Under the pieces are notes generated by a model. It did no database searches. It saw only the letters and a program-made list of their open reading frames with translations, and was not told the origin of the DNA. Below are positions 33,402 through 44,017 of a stretch of 64,000 nucleotides of DNA, piece after piece (positions within the stretch are counted from its first letter, which is position 1; every line of letters starts with the position of its first letter). Made by a program: the position numbers and the translations under genes. The stretch is taken from assembly GCA_965285935.1 (NCBI GenBank), contig OZ260662.1, positions 5,208,001 to 5,272,000 of the forward strand, in the 5' to 3' direction. Origin of the DNA: Ophelia neglecta. Lineage: Eukaryota.

Positions 33402-36068
33402 TTACATGGGGTCCTCCTGAATGTCCCTGGGGATAGTCCCCTGGGGGTCAGGGTTACCCCCGAAGGTTGTGAGGGGATTCACATGAATGTCGCTGGCGTT
33501 AGCCCCCTGTGGTTCAGGGTTATCTCCTAGGGTTGTCATGGGGTTCACATGAATGTCGCTGGCGATAGCCCCTGGGGGACCAGGGATAACACCTAGGGTG
33601 TCCTGGGGGTCCCCAAGTACAAATCGTAGTTTGGTAATAAGGTTAGTATCTTCTGCTATCAGGAAGGGAATCTTCCTCAGAACCCGCCTCTGTTTTCTAG
33701 TGAATGCTCTGAGATTGACATGATCAAGTATCACTGGGACGATAGGCAGTGATTTGTTTCCGAGGATCCTCTCCTCTATGACAGCGTTGATCTCGAACCC
33801 ACACCACTCGCTCTGAGCCGAGTTGGGAGACAGGACCAAAATGACCGCCCTGCTGCACTCCATGGACCTCATCACATTGTCAACAATGTCCAATCCGGGA
33901 ATAAAGTCTCTATCATTGACACACAGAGAGTAGGGTGGGTCACAGTCCTGCTCCAGTCCAGGGAGAATGGTTTGGAACACCCATCGATAGTCATCACCAC
34001 AGTAACAGACAAAGGCGTCGTACCGAAACTGGCCCTGTTCTCGTCGTCTGCGGCAGAGTCTTAAACCAGTGACAATGAAAAGCCACAGTTGGAGGGAGAA
34101 ACTCTGTCTTTTCATAATGATAATAAGGGCCAGCGTGAAAAAGACTCCTAGCACGGTAGAGGTGACAATTTTTACTACCATGGTACGATGAATATCGGCT
34201 GAACATTGATAAGGGTAAGGTCCCCCAATGTATTTATCACATCTACTCATGGGAAAGACTGACAATATGTCCTGCTGTCTCCTGCTTGACAGCCAAAAAG
34301 TGTCCAGACTACATTCGATGGCAAGTGTGTTTCTGACCCCCATTGACTTTAGCCAGGTGATGAACTCCTCACAGCCACAGTGGAGAGGGTTGTGCTGGAG
34401 GTAGAGGGTGAAGGTGTCCAGCACCCGGTCCAGTGTCTCCACCTCCCTCCGTCCAGCCAGCGGTATGTACTCTATACAGTTAAATACCAGTCCTACTTCC
34501 ACTTGGTTACCGGTCGCAATACGACTCCCCCGCATTTGTACCATTGGAAGCAAACTATCACTTGTCAAGTGATTTAACCACAAATCAATCACTTTCACAT
34601 TGTGAAATGATGCAGTCATCAGTTCAGCTGGGAACAGCCTCAGGTGGGTTTCACGTAAGGAGATGTAAATCAGGTGTGAACCCAAAATGTTTTGCGGAGT
34701 TGCAATGTTTAAAAGGTCGTTATTGCCCATTTCAAAAACTAATAAGTTTTGAAGGTAAAGTAATTCCTTTGGGACGTGGGTAAAGCGGTTGCTTGAGACA
34801 GAGAGGATTTTTAAAAATTTCAGATTCTGGTTAGCTACACTATGTAAAGATTTCAGATTAGAACCACGCAAAAGTAAGTATTCCAGCTGCTTACAGTTAG
34901 CAAAGAGGTTTTCCGGTAAATATTCCAGTGGGTTGTTTGATAAATCCAAGTGCATAACGTTAGTAGCAAACGACAGATTAGATATACGAGATCCATGGAG
35001 GTCATTGTGGGCTAGGTCAATGCGATCCAGCCTTTCCATTCCTTCAACATGATCAATAGATTTTATAGAGTTATAGTTCAGGTACACTTCTATCGGGTAA
35101 TATTGTTTATATAACCTGTAGTACACTGTGTTCCACATTGACTTATCTCCGTATCTCAGTGGCGAGTCTGGACGGAAATCAGTGAGTCTAGTCCAGTAAT
35201 TACTCCTCATTACTTCCATAGCAACCTCAATTTCATTTTTCTTTTTAAGTTGCCTAGTCTTTGAAATTTTCCACAGTGGAAACATCTTCAAACCACCGTT
35301 AACCAGGTAAAGTTCGGTAATCTCTCCAAATCCTCTTAAGTCTGAAAAGGCTGATACATTCGTATCAGAAAAACCCAGCTGTATAACATGAGGAAACAAC
35401 TCCGTTGGAAACGTTTGGATGGACTTCTGATACTCTATGGCATTTTTATATGTTTTCATCTGGCAAATGATACACACACTGGCATAAGGTTCCTGGTAGA
35501 TGAGGCCAGAGAGAAGCAGGTCTACAGTACTAAATCCATTTTGGGAATCAGTGGTCGACCTAATGTAGATAAGCCGTGTTTTGTTACAAGCAGAGTTATG
35601 AGAGAGTGAAATCGACTCGGAAACATTGGTCTTCAGCTGCACATCGTTTAAAGTGATTACAGGTGGAGCGGTTAGTTTTGAAAGTTGGAAAATGTCTGCC
35701 CAACCGACGGCACATTTCCCTATGTCAAGTTCTTGTATATGTTTCCCACTGCATTGCATTAAGGTTTCTAAAGGCTGTGACACATGTATGTGGTAGCCTG
35801 GTAAATCACACTCAATTTGAAGTTTCCAAGGCCACGAGCTGTTGAGTTGTTTAAATCCATGACATATTCTGCGATAATGTTCTGTTGTTACCTCACAGAG
35901 GTTTGTGTCAGTCCTGTTTTTTGAGGCGATGATAACCATTTTGATCCACTCACGACTAGCAACACTGAAGGCTATTTGTGCTCGCTGGTAATAAAATAGA
36001 CTCTCAGAAAACTGGCTCCATCCAGAAGATATGAGGAGGGCAGCACTCAGAAACCATAGCCACGACAT
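33402..36068 (-). CDS. Toll-like receptor, intronless, 888 aa (copy 2)
   Basis: Same signal-LRR-LRRCT-TM-TIR architecture; TIR almost identical to copy 1. Confidence 0.97.
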   Translation of the reverse strand: MSWLWFLSAALLISSGWSQFSESLFYYQRAQIAFSVASREWIKMVIIASKNRTDTNLCEVTTEHYRRICHGFKQLNSSWPWKLQIECDLPGYHIHVSQPLETLMQCSGKHIQELDIGKCAVGWADIFQLSKLTAPPVITLNDVQLKTNVSESISLSHNSACNKTRLIYIRSTTDSQNGFSTVDLLLSGLIYQEPYASVCIICQMKTYKNAIEYQKSIQTFPTELFPHVIQLGFSDTNVSAFSDLRGFGEITELYLVNGGLKMFPLWKISKTRQLKKKNEIEVAMEVMRSNYWTRLTDFRPDSPLRYGDKSMWNTVYYRLYKQYYPIEVYLNYNSIKSIDHVEGMERLDRIDLAHNDLHGSRISNLSFATNVMHLDLSNNPLEYLPENLFANCKQLEYLLLRGSNLKSLHSVANQNLKFLKILSVSSNRFTHVPKELLYLQNLLVFEMGNNDLLNIATPQNILGSHLIYISLRETHLRLFPAELMTASFHNVKVIDLWLNHLTSDSLLPMVQMRGSRIATGNQVEVGLVFNCIEYIPLAGRREVETLDRVLDTFTLYLQHNPLHCGCEEFITWLKSMGVRNTLAIECSLDTFWLSSRRQQDILSVFPMSRCDKYIGGPYPYQCSADIHRTMVVKIVTSTVLGVFFTLALIIIMKRQSFSLQLWLFIVTGLRLCRRRREQGQFRYDAFVCYCGDDYRWVFQTILPGLEQDCDPPYSLCVNDRDFIPGLDIVDNVMRSMECSRAVILVLSPNSAQSEWCGFEINAVIEERILGNKSLPIVPVILDHVNLRAFTRKQRRVLRKIPFLIAEDTNLITKLRFVLGDPQDTLGVIPGPPGAIASDIHVNPMTTLGDNPEPQGANASDIHVNPLTTFGGNPDPQGTIPRDIQEDPM

Positions 36069-38474
36069 GGTGCTATTCTAGTCTCCTGACTTCTGTCAAG
36101 GCTTGTAGCAGTTAAAGCTGAGACTTATATATGGGTATTGGCAGACAAGAGGGAGAGAATTGACACTCTTATAACACCACTGTGTACACCGGTATCATGT
36201 CACAGTGTAATACGGGTCCGGTTCTCGACTGGTTGCTGGCCTCTAACAGTTAAAGCCGAGATTTATATATAGATATTGCCAGACAAACAGGTCCTGTATC
36301 AGTAATATGAAACGTGTATGTAGATAGTGCCAGACGGACACGATTTGTAGCTATACCGTATTTAGAACTAATAGAAGACCCGCTTTATCATTTTTTATGT
36401 GTAGAAAAGAATGAACTTTTGAGACAAAATTGGGGATGTGTTTGGCAGTGGAATAATAAAGTTCATTTGTACGACTTCAATGATAAATTCCCAAACTAAG
36501 CTATGGTCCAGCCCTCTTCTAAAACTACTGGTGTGTACTTTATCAGATATGCATCTCCTATAAGATCATTTACGGTAATATGTTAAATCACGGCTATGAT
36601 TCACTGGTGTTATACTGTAAACCAAAAAGGGTTCGTGAGCCGAACATATTTGCCATTATCGAAAAAATTCATGAAAATTTCAATGACCAGTAGCCATACT
36701 TCCAGAGAAATCACTCTACATTACTCTTGGACGAAAATTCAGGTAAAAAATATGCGGTGGAATATAGTTAACATAAATTGCCTGATCGCAGAAATGTGTA
36801 CACATATCACCCAGTTGACAGTATAGACTTCCCTTTCCCGTGGTGTCGATCCCTCTTCTTTCGGTTCCCATTTTACAGCCCTCCTTCTACCGCCATCTTT
36901 CAGACTTTTTTCAGTCCCTTACTTTGAATCAGAATAGGGCCTACTTCTTCTAACTCATAATTATAGGAAGTAGTTAGGCTCTCCCCGTACCCCAGTCACC
37001 AGTCAGGCTGTCACCATATTAATATGTATATTAGATTGGGCTTACTCACAGGTACTCAACAGTATGGCGATATGGGTCTACTAGGGTTAGTCCACAGATA
37101 CCTTACAATATGGATGTATGGTTGTACATGGGTAAATCCACAGATACCTGACAGTATGTTGATTTGAGTGTACAAGGGTTAATCTACAGAGAGCTTACAG
37201 TTTGTACAGGTTTTAAATCCATAACATCAATCTTAAAGTGAAATCTTGAAAATGTGTCCATGTGTTAATCCACCGATACCTAACAGTACTGTGATATGTG
37301 TGTCCATGGGGTAATTTACAGGTATCTGACAGTATGATGATGTGGGTTTGCATGGGTAATCTACAGATACCTCAAATATGGTGATGTGGGTGTACATGGG
37401 TAATCTATAGATACCTTACAGTATGTTCAGCTGTTCCAATCCATAACATATTCTATAGTGAAACGTGCCTTAAAGACCACCTCTATAGTCAGACAGCCTG
37501 TCAATTCCGATCGTTAATATTATTATTAATATATGACCATAATATACACTTTTAATCTAAATAACCTGTATCAGACCGCCTCTATAATCAGGCAAGGTTT
37601 CGCTGTATACCAACTAAACAAGCAGCACAAAGTGCATGAGACCATGAATCTCGTTAACCGTGTGTCGCTTTACATTTCACCCCACAGCTAACATCTTACC
37701 CTGCTCACAGTGGCAGGGTAACAAACAGGATCATTCTCGCGAGCTGGACATTTTACATAAATCATATGTCACTATATATTTTCAGCATGAAGGTTCTTCG
37801 CAGAGCACAGATACGGTGATTTCCTGTTGAGAGTAGGTCTACTTAGCCTACTAAGTGATTTTCATTTAGAGCGCCATCTGGAGGGCGTTGCTGCGCAACC
37901 TGACAGGGTGGTGCAAACATTCGCTTCGGCCATACCAGATTAGCGTGAATGCAATGCAGGTGCGGCTTGAAATCGTTCGGAATTTAACACAGTTTTTAGT
38001 CAAGTAGGTATCATTTATTAAACTATTCTTGATATAATATGGTCAGATATCTTATAGTCATGACATAACTTAGGCCTGAGAGCCGTTTTGGCTTAAAGAA
38101 CGGAGATTTCATGCGGATTTTATAGTAGCCGTTCGAAGGTAGCGCGGGCGATATTATGGTATATTTCCATTACGTCGTGCCTAGTAATCAACCGGCGGTG
38201 TCGGAAAATGCTATTTCTTTGCTACAAAATTCAGTATTGTTCATTTTAAGATTAATTGGCTATGACTTCACATTACTTCGCTTCTGAATGTATCCAAATT
38301 ATATGATTTATTTATTTACAGTCGTCAGAAATGGGCAACAAGCGATGTGCTCATGGCACTTGTAACAGTGACAGCAGGTATGGCCCAGAGGGGAAGAGAC
38401 CAAGACCAGATATGGTGGGAGTAGAGTTTATACCATTTTGTAAACCTTCTGTTGATGAAGCAAAATGCAAAACA

Positions 38475-39135
38475 TATCGTGAGACTCTGAGACAAAGGTA
38501 ATTTTATCAGATAGATAATCGGGCGCTAGGCCGTATATACATTTAAAGGAAAGAAGTGATGTAAAATAGTCCCGTCGATGCCTAATTGTCATAATACCGA
38601 GATTCAAAGAAGGCCAGATGCGCTCGTATTTCAAGCATAAATCCAATTATACACCGAGCAGCTCTATTTTGCATGCTCTGTACCCTACCAACATATGACT
38701 CTGTGGAATAACCCCAGATAGATATACAAAAACAAAATGCGGTTGTATTATAGATTTATAAATTGTTACAAGTGTTTCACGGCTCACCTTGTGGCGCAAC
38801 CTACGCAAAACACCAATCTTAGGGGACACCCTTTGACATAGAAGGTTAATATGAGATTCCCAACTAAGAGTTTCATCGACAGTGCATCCGAGATATTAAG
38901 TTCTACGCATACATTCCACAGGGCTATCCTGAATGTAAATTGTAAGATCATTAAACCAGTCCACTTTATAAGGAGTACCAATTTTCATCACACAGCATTT
39001 TGTTGGGTTGACTGTTAGGTGAATGGTATCAAACCATCTTAATAAATTGTTAGCATGACACTGTAGAAATTTTTCGACTTAATTGTCTCCCATTGTATAG
39101 TGTTATCAGTGTAATCAGCAAAAAAGTTACAAAAA
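38475..39135 (-). mobile_element. Degenerate CR1/L2-type LINE RT fragment truncating the TLR paralog (only ~28820-28975 remains in unit 1)
   Basis: CNFFADYT (YADDT-like), LQCHANNLLRWFDTIHLTVNPTKCCVM, KIGVLRRL...IYKSIIQPHF, KCIYGLAPDYL in different frames. Confidence 0.8.
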
Positions 39136-39843
39136 TCTATCAGAAAAAACCAGCATTTTAACATTAGGAAACCTTTCCCTCGGAAATGTTTGGATGGTTT
39201 TCTGATACACTAGAGCATTTTTATAAGTTTTCATCTGACAAGGGATGCACACATTGGCAAACGGTTCATGGTAAATGAGCCCTTCCATAAGTAGAAAGTC
39301 AGTATGAAATCCATATGGGTAATCGGTAGTCGACCATATACTGATGGTACTTGTTTTGTTGCAAGCAGAGTTATTAAAGAGGGAAATCTGTCCTAAATCA
39401 CTAGTCGTCAGCTGCACATCTTCTAAAACGATATTAGTGGGAGCAGCGAATAGAGCAAGTTGGAAAATTTCTGTCCAACCGACGGCACATTTCTTAATGA
39501 ACAGTGATTGTATATGTTTCCCACTGCATTGAACTACTGTTTCTAAAGGCTGTGACACATGTATGTGAAAGCCTAGTAGATCACACACGATGTGAAGTGG
39601 CGAAGGCCATGAGCTGTTCAGTTGTTTAAATCCGCGACATATGCTGCGTTGATGTTCTATTGTTACCTCACAGAAGTTTGTATCAATCCTGTTCGTAGGG
39701 GCTTTGATTGTCATTTGTATCCATTCAACGGTTGCAGCAGTGAAGGGTTCGGGCTGGCGCTCGTAACTAATTTGACTCTCACAAACATGGCTTTGACCAA
39801 TAGACATGAGGAGGGCAGCACTCAGAAGCCATAGCCACGACAT
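39127..39843 (-). CDS. Truncated TLR paralog B: signal peptide + TLR N-terminus only (238 aa; putative secreted product or pseudogene)
   Basis: Two aa differences from paralog A over the shared part; TLR homology ends at NVKMLVFSD and the stop lies a few codons into LINE-derived sequence. Confidence 0.6.
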   Translation of the reverse strand: MSWLWLLSAALLMSIGQSHVCESQISYERQPEPFTAATVEWIQMTIKAPTNRIDTNFCEVTIEHQRSICRGFKQLNSSWPSPLHIVCDLLGFHIHVSQPLETVVQCSGKHIQSLFIKKCAVGWTEIFQLALFAAPTNIVLEDVQLTTSDLGQISLFNNSACNKTSTISIWSTTDYPYGFHTDFLLMEGLIYHEPFANVCIPCQMKTYKNALVYQKTIQTFPRERFPNVKMLVFSDRFL

Positions 39844-39956
39844 GGCGATATTGTATTCTTCCTGACTTTTGTGTAGGCTTGTAACAGTTAAAGCGGAAAT
39901 TTATGCGTAGGTATTGCCAGACAAACAGGACCTGCATGAATAATAGGAGACTTATA

Positions 39957-40134
39957 CAGTGATACCTGTGAATTAAGACCACCCAAGGGACTTGAAAATG
40001 CTGGTCTGATTTCAGAGGTGGTCTGTTTAGAAAGGTTATTTAACATTGAAAGTATACAGAATGGTCGTCATATTAGTGGTCTGAATTTACAGGTGGTCTG
40101 ATTATAGAGGTGGTCTTTAAGGCAGGTTTCACTG
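39957..40134. mobile_element. Tc1/mariner (pogo/Tigger-like) MITE, TA TSD
   Basis: TA|CAGTGATACCTG...AAGACCACC ... GGTGGTCTTTAAGGCAGGTTTCACTG|TA; empty site CTTATACATAAAC at ~29773. Confidence 0.9.
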
Positions 40135-42112
40135 TACATAAACATTGTCAGACGGATGCGATTTGTGTCTATACCGTATTCGATCTAATATCATTTTTCA
40201 GGTCTAGAAATAACTGACCTTTTTGGCTAACTCGGGGAACTGCGTCTAAAGTTTTAATGGTAAATGTTTTAGAATAAGCTTTGGTCCACCTTATAATAAA
40301 ACAAAGGGTGCATACTTTATTAGATACCTTTCTTCTATTAGATTATTTCGGTAATATGAAAAATCAGTGCTAAGTTTCCGTGGTATTATACTGTGAACCA
40401 GAAAATATTCGCGAACTGGACATTTTCGCGATTATTACATTCTCAAATTTATTTCTCAAGAAAACATCCCGTAGCTATCGTCCCTCGTTTATGTTAGATA
40501 CATCTGAATCTTTTCATCTACTCAGGGACAATATTACATGTTGAACAAAATTCCCCTGGTTGGGAAAATGGGTTGATATACACCTTACACAGCCCACAGC
40601 CCGGATGTGGCAGGCTAATGATACGCCACTTCGAATTTCATAGAGGCTGAAGTACATACTAGATATTGTAATGGGATGGAATTAGGTCTGTGTCTCGCCT
40701 GTTTATATCAAACCGGTACTTGAACATAAGTATCAATGAATGGTATTAAATATGGTCCGGGGTTGGAGGTGGGGGGGGGGGGTATTCGTAGGATAGGCCC
40801 GAACTTTCAAGCAAGTCGGAACGAGAACAAAGTTCGGCGGCAAGAGCAAAGAGGAGCATGACTAAATCCCAGTGACCGAAAAGCTCTTAGTATCTCATCA
40901 CTAAAGATGCCAGTAATGGGTCGCCTCAGGCTCTGGTCCCCAGTATATGTGGCCCACTCTTACTCAAGGCTTGTCATCTAGGTTTAACCAGTCATAATAT
41001 GAACATAGATTACAAGTCGTCATCCGGAGATTCAGACTAAAACACTCGGGACCAATATCAACTGTAATATGAAGAGTCTGTACCTGCATTATTAAAATAA
41101 TCTAACAGTGTTTACTAAATATGCCTTTTCAATTTGTAACAAAGGGTGCTTAAATAGATATAATGTATGCTTTATACCTATTGATCAAACCCATGGGTAC
41201 CTTCTGGTTTTACCGTGCCTATTGGTCAAACCAGTAGGTACCTCTTAGGTATACCTAAAAGGTTCCCATTCATCAAACCTATAGGTACCTTTCAGGTATA
41301 CCTAATAGGTATCTAATTTTCAAACCAAAAGGTACCATTCAGTTATTTCTAAAGGTACGTTTTATACCACGGGCGCGGTTTTACGGTAGCAGAAGCTTGT
41401 AGAAGCTTGCAAGTTCTATTATTAATACACTAAACCCCCAGGCCACGAATTACCAATAAATCGATTCAAAGTCTTCAATGAGCATAAGTTGTACGTTCAA
41501 CAAATATTAATATTTTGAACTCAAATCTAACCACCTTTTTTGAGGAGTTTAGTCCAAGGACACCACACTTAGATTGTGGCAGCATCCCCATGGTAACATG
41601 GTATGAACAAAAAATAGACGAAAATCAAAAATAATACCAAATAATCCATACTTTTCATATCAAATGCTCTATGTTAACTTTAATGGTTCTGTGTCAGACC
41701 AAGCGATCACTCAAATTTTTGATTGGAACCAGTTTTATTGGATGTCATGGTTACTACAGAAAAATTGAATAAAACGCATTTTAATAACGTTTGTTTTCGA
41801 GCTATGTCATATTTGATCAACAATAGAAATGTAAACTGCGCGATGAGATTAAAATAATGAATCTGAATATGATACTCCAGCGTTATTAAAACCTTCCTCA
41901 AGATTTCAAGAAATATTTTTTATTGGTCAAATAGTTATGGTATTCTGAATTTTCCATTGAGGCAAGAAATATTGCCAAAATGCTTTTTCGTCATTAGCAT
42001 GCCATAACCGGGACATGTCTGTTGGCGCTAATTTGACACAAGTACAAAACAAAACGAAACTCATAATTTGCAACACGGTTTTGGACCGACAATGGGATCC
42101 TTTTTGGATATA

Positions 42113-42283
42113 CAGTGAAAGCTGTGAATTAAGACAACCCTGGGGACTGGAAAATGCTGGTCTGATTTTGGAGGTGGTCTGTTAAGAGAGGTCATTAAAC
42201 ATTGAAAGTATACAGCATGGTCCTCATATTAGTTGTCTAAATTGACAGGTGGTCTGATTATAGAGGTGGTCCTTGAAGCACTG
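42113..42283. mobile_element. Same-family MITE, TA TSD
   Basis: TA|CAGTGAAAGCTGTGAATTAAGAC ... CACTG|TA; empty site GGATATAGTGTC at ~31689. Confidence 0.85.
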
Positions 42284-44017
42284 TAGTGTCAAGCTAATTC
42301 TAGCTTTTTTTCTGTTATCTTCTAGGCAGCAAATGAAAATGGCTGGTGCCTATAAGCCCCTGGTTTTCTCCTCATCCTTGCTTATCTATTTTCGACATCC
42401 GAATTCTCTGCTACTGGGGAAATTTTCCTTCGGTGAAGAGAATTTCCCCTCCCCTATCAAGGGGATTTCTCGACCTGATAGTTAATTTCTTTAAAGGAGA
42501 AAAATGCCCTTTAATAGGTAGCGCCTTTCCTATTCAAAGGAGCTTTTCCTCTTAATAAATATACATATATAATTCTCAGTTTATGATCATTGGTCTAAAC
42601 ATTTAAAGGGTTCGGATCATAAAAATAACCACGTAAAAATTATAAGCCCGGATAAACATGAAAGGAAATATATACTCACAATATATGAGCCAAAAAAGCA
42701 CAATTTAAGCCAGAGTACAAATCAAACGATGTTTTAAAAAGGCTTATATCAAAATATATGCTACCTGAGGCAAATTACAAATTATTTCATCCATATTTAA
42801 TCATTTTAGATTGTTGATTTCATTAAAGATAACAAGTAGTGTACGAAAGCACAAACATTTCAGTCGCCTGACGGGGGGCAACAGAAACCACTTTTCAATC
42901 CTCCTACAGAGATTTGCTTATGGCATAAGCCAGGCACGTGAGAATAATCTGCCTACAGGAAGGAAAAATGACACATGTCTGCCTTTTCGCATCAATATGC
43001 GTTTTCACTGTGATTTTTATGAAGTTGTTTAGGTCTCAAATATATCATGGTTATATTTGGAACGTTTAATTTCTGCGTTCTTGTTACCATGGCAAGTCAT
43101 TAAAAGAAATCAACATTCATTCAACCTGTTAGGTTTTTTCGATCTGTTGAGTGTGGATAATGACAACGTAATACAGAACCTAGCTAGGTTTATTCATAAT
43201 ACATTTAATTACAAGAAACAATAAACTGAAAATTGTATTACACACTGATTCATTTATGTATGTTTTCATAGCTAAGTGACCCGGCTCGTCGTGCGGATTT
43301 TGGATTTTACGGGCCAACCTTCAGAACGGTGCTGATTCTTGTGAAACTTGACTATTTTAACAAGTGTTAATTCATCAGACACAATTAGGAATCATCTTTT
43401 GAAAAATAATCATGCACCTTGCAGGGAACACTCGAATAATAATTTTAGGTGAAATTGTTTTTTCCAAGAAAACATTTAGACAGTGAACTAGTTGGAAATT
43501 CATAAAAAAGAAATTTACAACCCAACTTATTAAGATTATTTAGAAATAGAGACTTAATTCCTAACATTACATTATAACCACTTGTTACATTCTGTAGGAA
43601 TGTGCAATGTTCTCAGTTTTGGTCTCGTAAACTAAATAAATGCCGTATGGCTATACCTTAATTTGTAAGTGAGTCGACTCTTCGTATGGTCATTATTATT
43701 GTACATTGCAGTATAGATTTGATAACTAGTACAAAGCTCCTAAAAGCTTATTAGTGATAGGGATTATTATCAATATAAATCTTATGCTTACACTAAACGA
43801 ATGATATAAAGTGAGGGTTTAAAGTCACTAGGTCATTTGAGGCAAGTTATGTATAAGCCTCTTTATATGGTTTATTATTAAATAATAGTATAAGGAAGAT
43901 TCCCTCACCAGGGAAGATCTTAAAACATCATGTCTTGAATAATTTCCCCAGTGGCCACAGGGGATCCACATGAATGTCCCAGGCGATAGCCCCGTGGGGA
44001 TCAGTAGTACCTAAGGT

